Assembly: GCA_900539035.1 (NCBI GenBank)
Contig: UQAU01000002.1
Location: 20,771-84,770 of the forward strand
Direction: 5' to 3'
Length of the DNA: 64,000 nucleotides
Source: an uncultured Collinsella sp.
Lineage (GTDB): Bacteria > Actinomycetota > Coriobacteriia > Coriobacteriales > Coriobacteriaceae
This document shows positions 58,763 through 64,000 of this stretch, piece after piece; position 1 is the first letter of the stretch, and each line of letters opens with the position of its first letter. Below the pieces are notes generated by a model that saw only the letters and a list, made by a program, of their open reading frames with translations, was not told where the DNA came from and did no database searches. Both the position numbers and the translations under genes were made by a program.

Positions 58763-58810
58763 CTCATAACCCGGAGGTCGTAGGTTCAAATCCTGCCCCC
58801 GCGACCAAGA
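58763..58810 (+). repeat. attR: 48-bp copy of the tRNA-Met 3' end
   Basis: Exact match to 41457-41504. The preceding sequence is not a tRNA 5' half. Confidence 0.85.
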
Positions 58811-58817
58811 ACTTGCA

Positions 58818-58846
58818 GCTCGTCGGCCTAGCCGGCGAGCTTTTTT
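58818..58846 (+). terminator. Rho-independent terminator (GCTCGTCGGCCTAGCCGGCGAGC + T6), presumably the native tRNA-Met terminator
   Basis: Perfect hairpin plus T-run immediately after attR. Confidence 0.6.
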
Positions 58847-58896
58847 GTTATTCCGGGACCGTGTTTTCGGTCCAATTCTCGGCCTCTCAAACAAAA

Positions 58897-59194
58897 TCTC
58901 GATCTGTAACATCTAGACCCGATTTAGGCGGCTGGGTGTTACAGATCGAGATATACCGGTGGGTTGGGTCGTGTTTGTCTAAATCTGTAACACGAGGGAC
59001 GGATTTTGCCGAGTTGTTGTTATAGATTGAGATTTTCTAGCAGGCGGGTTTGGTTTGTCTCGATCTGTAACAGGTAGGGGTCAAAAGTGGGCCCAGCTGT
59101 TACAGATCGAGATTGTTGAGGATGGGTCGAGAGGAATATCTTGATCTGTAACAGTAAGACCCAGTTTTGCCGCGTAACTGTTACAGATTGAGAC
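58897..59194. repeat. Array of four roughly 55-bp hairpin units with an 81-bp period: 15-bp arm TCTCGATCTGTAACA, 25-27-nt unique loop, arm TGTTACAGATCGAGA
   Basis: Arms at 58897, 58937, 58978, 59018, 59058, 59099, 59139 and 59180. The loops are all different and the linkers are also unique. Confidence 0.7.
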
Positions 59195-59335
59195 AAACCG
59201 ACGGGCCGCCCCGTCCCATCCACCAGCCGGCACCTGATATTCGCCGATTTCCGTTGCGCTGTTGTATTCCCATGCCATATCCTCTAGACAACTACGCGGC
59301 ATCATCGCCGCCGCGCCTACAAGAGAGGAATATCC

Positions 59336-61366
59336 ATGACCGCACCTGCATCCAAGCTGCTCCAGCCCATTACGGTTGGCCCCCTTGAGCTCAAGAACCG
59401 CATTATGTTTCCGCCGCTGACCACCGGCTACGAGGAGCGTGACGGTTCCATCGGCGAGCGCAGCCTGGCTTTTTACGAGCGCTTGGCCCGTGGCGGCGTG
59501 AGCTACATCGTCATCGGTGACGTTGCCCCCGTCATGACCGCAAGCCCCACGCCCAAGCTGGCAACCGACGCCCAGATCCCCACGTTTAAGGCCCTGGCCG
59601 ACACCGTCCACAAGCACGGCGCCAAGGTCGCGCTGCAGCTGTTCCACCCCGAGTACGACGTGCCCGGCGTCGGCCGCATGGTCATGGGATCCATGGCCGC
59701 CGCCAAGGCCGCGCAGGAGGCCAAGGCCGCCGGCGACGAGGAGACCTTTGCCGCCAAGATGGCCGAGTCCAACGAGATCCGCAACCAGGCCTACGCCAAG
59801 CTGCACCACGACATGCAGCACTTTGTGAACGAGGCGAGTGTGGAGCAGCTCACCCAGATCAAGGAGGCTATCGCCGCCTCGGCCGCTCGCGCGCAGCAGG
59901 CCGGGATCGATGCCATCGAGGTCCACGGCGACCGCCTGGTAGGTTCGCTGTGCTCGGCCATCCTCAACCAGCGCACCGACGAGTACGGCGGCTCGTTCGA
60001 GAACCGCGTTCGCTACGCGCTGGAGGTCGTCGCTGCCATTAAGGAAGCCGCGCCGCAGCTGATGGTGGAGTACAAGCTCCCCGTGATCATGGAGAACCCC
60101 GACGGCACGCCGCGCGGCAAGGGCGGCTTGCTGCCCGACGAGGCCTGCGAGTTTGCCAAGCTGCTCGAGGGCGCGGGCATCGACATGATCCAGGTTGCAC
60201 AGGCCAACCACACCGGCAACATGGGCGACACCATTCCGCCCATGGGCGCCATGCCCTACAACTGGACGCTACCGGTGGCCGAGCGCGTCAAGGCCCTTGT
60301 CTCCGTGCCGGTGGCAACCGTCGGCCGTGTTGTCTCGGTCGAGGCCGGCGAGAAGATTCTGGAAGACGGCGCGGCCGACATCATCGCCTATGGGCGCTCG
60401 CTCATGTGCGACCCCGACATTGCGCTGAAGGCCGCCACGGGTGAGCCCATCCGCGAGTGCCTCAACTGTAACAAGGGCTGCGTCGACGCGATTCAAAACC
60501 GCAAGTACATCTCGTGCGTGCTCAACGCCGAGAACGGTGACGAGGCGACCATCGCTATCAGGCCGGGCGAGGGCGACAAGAAGATCGCCGTGGTGGGCGG
60601 CGGCATCGCCGGCCTGGAGGCCGCACGCGTGGCGGCCAAGCGCGGCTACGACGTGACCATCTACGAGGCGAGCGATCATCTGGGCGGCCAGATTGTGCTG
60701 GCGGCTGCGCCTCCGCGCAAGGACGAGATCATGCGCTCGGTCGAGTACTACGAGAAGATTCTGCCTGGCCTGGGCGTGAAGGTTGAGCTCAGCCACGTCG
60801 CTACGGCAGAGGACCTCAACGCCGCCGACGCCGCGATTGTGGCCGTGGGCGCGCACGACGTGGTCATCCCCGTTCCGGGTGCCGACTCGGACAAGGTCGT
60901 CTCGAGCTGGGACGTGCTGGCCGGCAAGGTGGAGCTCAGTGGGCGCGTTGCCGTCATTGGCGGTGGCCTGGTGGGCACCGAGACTGCCGAGTACCTGCTG
61001 CAGCACGGCTGTGAGGTGGCGATCGTCGAGATGCTCGACAAGATTGCCGCGGGCGAGTCCGAGACCATTCTGCCGCTGATTATGAGCGACTTTGCAGAGC
61101 ACAACGTGGAGCAGCATGTTAAGACCCGCCTGACCGCCATTACCGACGAAGGCGTGGAGGCTGTTCGCACCACCGAGGACGGCGCCGAGGAGCCGGTGAA
61201 GATCGCCTGCGATTACGTGGTGATGGCCGTGGGCTCCAAGGCCAATGCGTTTGACCTGGATGGCGTGACGGTGCCCGTGGCCTGCGTGGGCGACTGCTCG
61301 GGCGAGCGCACCGCCGACATTGCGAGCGCCATCCGCACGGCGTATCACGCGGCCAACGAGCTGTAG
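59336..61366 (+). CDS. Old-Yellow-Enzyme-family FMN oxidoreductase fused to an FAD/NAD(P)-binding domain (2,4-dienoyl-CoA / enoate reductase-like)
   Basis: OYE TIM-barrel N-domain, 4Fe-4S Cys cluster (CLNCNKGCVD) and GGGIAGLEAARVAAKRGYDVTIYEA Rossmann motif. Confidence 0.8.
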   Translation: MTAPASKLLQPITVGPLELKNRIMFPPLTTGYEERDGSIGERSLAFYERLARGGVSYIVIGDVAPVMTASPTPKLATDAQIPTFKALADTVHKHGAKVALQLFHPEYDVPGVGRMVMGSMAAAKAAQEAKAAGDEETFAAKMAESNEIRNQAYAKLHHDMQHFVNEASVEQLTQIKEAIAASAARAQQAGIDAIEVHGDRLVGSLCSAILNQRTDEYGGSFENRVRYALEVVAAIKEAAPQLMVEYKLPVIMENPDGTPRGKGGLLPDEACEFAKLLEGAGIDMIQVAQANHTGNMGDTIPPMGAMPYNWTLPVAERVKALVSVPVATVGRVVSVEAGEKILEDGAADIIAYGRSLMCDPDIALKAATGEPIRECLNCNKGCVDAIQNRKYISCVLNAENGDEATIAIRPGEGDKKIAVVGGGIAGLEAARVAAKRGYDVTIYEASDHLGGQIVLAAAPPRKDEIMRSVEYYEKILPGLGVKVELSHVATAEDLNAADAAIVAVGAHDVVIPVPGADSDKVVSSWDVLAGKVELSGRVAVIGGGLVGTETAEYLLQHGCEVAIVEMLDKIAAGESETILPLIMSDFAEHNVEQHVKTRLTAITDEGVEAVRTTEDGAEEPVKIACDYVVMAVGSKANAFDLDGVTVPVACVGDCSGERTADIASAIRTAYHAANEL

Positions 61367-61441
61367 TTGAACATCGCGGCCAGGCGGGACGGTAGCACGG
61401 ATCCGTCTCGCCCGGCTGTGCCCCATCGGGTGTCAACCGGT

Positions 61442-61480
61442 GCGGGGCCTGCAAGCGCAGCAGGTCCCGCCCTTTTTGTT
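61442..61480 (+). terminator. Rho-independent terminator after the OYE-family gene
   Basis: GGGGCCTGCAAGCGCAGCAGGTCCCGCC + T5. Confidence 0.5.
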
Positions 61481-61815
61481 TTGCTCCGGTGGATGGCAAT
61501 GCGCGGTAATCATGAGGAGTGAGGACGTCTGCTGCCTTGCAGATCACTCAAAATTATTGGGGGAGGGGTTAATAACTATATCCTCTATACCAAAGGACAT
61601 AAAGAGATGCCAATTTTGTTGACAAGCGAATGACGATTAGCTGCGAGTCAGCTACCAGCGTAAATAATCGATAAAGAAATGTCGTAATTTGGTGCCAAAT
61701 GCCCAGATAACGCCGCGTCTATTTTAATTAACTGCTTTGAGCAAACAGTAAAATGCTACTATCTAACTTGCACGTAAGAAAGCAGATTAACGGTTAAGGC
61801 TAAGAAGTGGCAGGT

Positions 61816-62214
61816 ATGTCGGAAGCAACAAGGACTCGCACGCATGCGCCTGAGGTCAGGCAGCGCGCCGTCGAGATCCTCCAAGAGGGGGTCGGTCATC
61901 GCGCCCTCGCCGCGGAGCTTGGCATTCCCCAGGCCACGGCTCGTCAGTGGGCCCGCGCGTATGCCGTGGGCGGTGCCGACGCCGTTCTCAACGCCGGTTC
62001 GCATCATCACGCCTATTCATACGAAGTTAAGCTCGCCGTGGTCAAGGACCGCTTGGAAAACGGCTTGACGGTTCGCGAGGCCATGATCAAGCACAAGATT
62101 CCCAGCGAGTCTTCGGTCAAGGCTTGGTGCCGTCAGTACCGCGAGAGCGGTGAGTCCGCACTGGTGGTCGATAAGCCGCGCGGTCGCAAGCCGCGCGTTA
62201 AAAAGGCGGAATAG
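61816..62214 (+). CDS. Helix-turn-helix protein resembling IS3-family transposase OrfA; solitary, no OrfB follows
   Basis: RQRAVEILQEGVGHRALAAELGIPQATARQWARAY... and a second HTH-like half. Preceded by a 250-bp AT-rich region. Confidence 0.4.
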   Translation: MSEATRTRTHAPEVRQRAVEILQEGVGHRALAAELGIPQATARQWARAYAVGGADAVLNAGSHHHAYSYEVKLAVVKDRLENGLTVREAMIKHKIPSESSVKAWCRQYRESGESALVVDKPRGRKPRVKKAE

Positions 62215-62498
62215 CAAACGGGATGGTGCGCCCACAGGGGCGCATTTTCTTGCCGCGCCAACTTTTTGGACCGGCGCGAGCCTGTCGGGACATCCTCCAA
62301 AGTGGCCAATAAACTGCGCGCAGTGGCCCGCGCGCCTGTCGCTGCGATAGGGGAGCGTCGCCCCACTGCTCCAAAGCGGACGTGCCCTTACCCCGTACGC
62401 CTAAAACTCCCCAGTTGACCGAAAACCTGCCGCCGCTGCTCCTCAATTGAGCTATAACGTTAAACAATTGCAGCGTTTTTGCATGGGGGAGTGATGGT

Positions 62499-64000
62499 AT
62501 GACGCTACTGTATTTCCTTACCCTGTTTCCGCTGGTACCGGCGCTGGGCATGCTGCTCGCGCGCGGTGACCGCGCCCGCGATGCGGTGGGGCTCATAGGT
62601 TCCGGCATTATTATGGCGGTGACAGTTGTAGTCGCCGTCATGTTTTTTGGCACGGGTCCGCAGAGCTTTGAGGTTGCCCCCGGCACCTCGCATGTGCTCT
62701 CGATCATCAGCTCCGCCATCGATGTCATCCTGTGCGCCCTCATCCTGTACAACGCGTACAAATATAGGAACGCGCTCACCACGGTGCTCGGCGTGGTGCA
62801 GCTGGTGGGTTCGGTTGCCTTTTCGGCCATGACGCTGCCCGCGGCCGAAGCCGTCACGGCGACGCCGCTCTACCTGGACTACATGAGCGTGATCATGGTC
62901 CTCGCCGTCGGTATCGTCGGCAGCCTAATCTGCGTGTATGCCCTGGGCTACATGAAGGACTTCCAGGCCCATGACGAGCACGAGGCTGCGCTACGCGGGC
63001 AGACCGCGCCCGACCGTCGCCCGCAGTTCCTGGCGCTTATGTTCCTGTTCCTCTCAGCCATGTTCGTCATCGTGACGAGCGACAACCTTGAGTGGCTGTT
63101 CTGCGGCTGGGAAATCACCACCGTGTGCTCGTTCCTCATGATTGGCTACACGCGCACGCCCGAGGCCATCAAGAACGCCTTCACCCAGATCATCCTCAAC
63201 ATGCTGGGCGGCATCGCGTTTTTGGCCGGACTCATGTATCTGCACGTTAACGGCATGCCGCTGACCATCTCGGGCATGATCGAGCTTTCCGGCGCCGGAA
63301 CCGCGCAATCCGCGCTGCTAGTGATGCCGGTCGTTCTGCTGTCGCTCGCCGCACTCACCAAGGCCGCGCAGATGCCGTTCCACACTTGGCTGTTGGGTGC
63401 CATGGTTGCCCCCACGCCCACGAGCGCCCTGCTGCACTCATCCACCATGGTCAAGGCCGGCGTATTTCTGATGGTCAAGCTCAGCCCGCTCTATGCCATC
63501 TATCCCGTGACCGGCTTTATGGTCACGAGTGTGGGTGCCATCACGTTTTTGCTCGCTGCCCTCATGGCCATCTCGCAGAGCAACGCCAAACGCGTGCTCG
63601 CGTACTCCACCATTTCCAACTTGGGCCTCATCAGTGCCTGCTTGGGTGTCGGCGCGCCCGAGGCCGTGTGGGCGGCCATCTTCCTGATCTTGTTCCACAC
63701 GGTGGCCAAGTCGCTGCTGTTCCTGTGCGTGGGCACGGCCGAGCATCATATCGGCAGCCGCAATATCGAGGACATGGACGGTATGTTCAGCCGCATGCCG
63801 CACCTGACGCGTCTGATGATGCTGGGCATCATGGGCATGTTCGTGGCGCCGTTTGGCATGCTCGTGTCCAAGTGGGGCGCCCTGGTGGCGTTTGCGCAGA
63901 CCGGCAACGTGCTCATGATCATGGTGCTTGCCTTTGGCTCGGCCGCGACGTTTTACTTCTGGGGCAAGTGGCTTGCCAAGCTTTCGGGCGTCGACCCCAC
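62499..64000 (+). CDS. Proton-pumping antiporter-like membrane subunit (NuoL/MnhA/HyfB family), 5' part; continues beyond the window
   Basis: Continuous hand translation from the ATG at 62499 (GGGGGAG RBS). Conserved PFHTWLLGAMVAPTPTSALLHSSTMVKAGVFLMVK motif. More than 14 TM helices. Confidence 0.7.
   Translation, partial: MTLLYFLTLFPLVPALGMLLARGDRARDAVGLIGSGIIMAVTVVVAVMFFGTGPQSFEVAPGTSHVLSIISSAIDVILCALILYNAYKYRNALTTVLGVVQLVGSVAFSAMTLPAAEAVTATPLYLDYMSVIMVLAVGIVGSLICVYALGYMKDFQAHDEHEAALRGQTAPDRRPQFLALMFLFLSAMFVIVTSDNLEWLFCGWEITTVCSFLMIGYTRTPEAIKNAFTQIILNMLGGIAFLAGLMYLHVNGMPLTISGMIELSGAGTAQSALLVMPVVLLSLAALTKAAQMPFHTWLLGAMVAPTPTSALLHSSTMVKAGVFLMVKLSPLYAIYPVTGFMVTSVGAITFLLAALMAISQSNAKRVLAYSTISNLGLISACLGVGAPEAVWAAIFLILFHTVAKSLLFLCVGTAEHHIGSRNIEDMDGMFSRMPHLTRLMMLGIMGMFVAPFGMLVSKWGALVAFAQTGNVLMIMVLAFGSAATFYFWGKWLAKLSGVDP

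Larger units (their letters stand above)
41457..58810. mobile_element. Integrative mobilizable element (about 17.3 kb) in the tRNA-Met 3' end; attL 41457-41504 and attR 58763-58810 are a perfect 48-bp direct repeat
   Basis: Identical 48 bp (CTCATAACCCGGAGGTCGTAGGTTCAAATCCTGCCCCCGCGACCAAGA) at both ends. Tyrosine integrase, excisionase, relaxase, T4CP and MobC lie inside. ATGAGCAGAT arm-like repeats occur at both ends. The tRNA's own terminator is displaced to just after attR. Confidence 0.8.

Noticed and set aside
58751-58810. Second tRNA-Met gene
   Set aside because: Only the 3' 48 nt of the tRNA are present and the upstream sequence cannot form acceptor or D arms. This is the attR repeat.
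58897-59194. CRISPR array interpretation of the hairpin repeats
   Set aside because: The repeats alternate in orientation and form inverted pairs, the unit is only 15 bp, and no cas genes or leader are nearby. It is reported as an unexplained hairpin array instead.

Overview
This 64 kb window is from a high-GC Gram-positive chromosome, probably Actinobacteria and possibly Coriobacteriia; the taxonomy is an inference from gene content and GC alone. Most of the window is conserved housekeeping DNA. The core includes carAB, a split purine cluster (purE, purF-purM-purN), an MsbA-like ABC exporter, an amino-acid ABC transporter, NfnAB-like oxidoreductase genes, the pth-prs-glmU region, an ECF transporter, xth, a sirtuin, a FolP-FolK fusion, coaX, an OYE-family oxidoreductase and the start of a NuoL/MnhA-like antiporter subunit. 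There is one clear accessory region. It is an integrative mobilizable element of about 17.3 kb inserted at the 3' end of an initiator-like tRNA-Met(CAT) gene and bounded by a perfect 48-bp direct repeat (41457-41504 and 58763-58810). The element carries an MmeI-family type IIL restriction-modification enzyme translationally coupled to an EcsC-family protein and an Mrr type IV endonuclease, a membrane-anchored HNH nuclease with two tandem paralogous small proteins, DUF2958-like cargo, a MobC/T4CP/relaxase mobilization module with no type IV secretion system, a RepA-like AAA helicase, an excisionase, a novel protein with a C-terminal zf-FCS-like zinc ribbon, and a tyrosine integrase. Immediately outside attR lies a highly regular array of four about 55-bp hairpins (15-bp inverted arms, 25-27 nt unique loops, 81-bp period) that no annotated feature class explains. 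Other notable features are two diverged 202-bp elements with 25-bp terminal inverted repeats flanking an orphan gene between pth and prs, a REP-like hairpin family sharing an AAGGGACAG core, an AT-rich islet carrying an AlbA_2/HATPase_c_4 gene, and a roughly 300-bp block of long G and C homopolymers that is probably an assembly or sequencing artifact.
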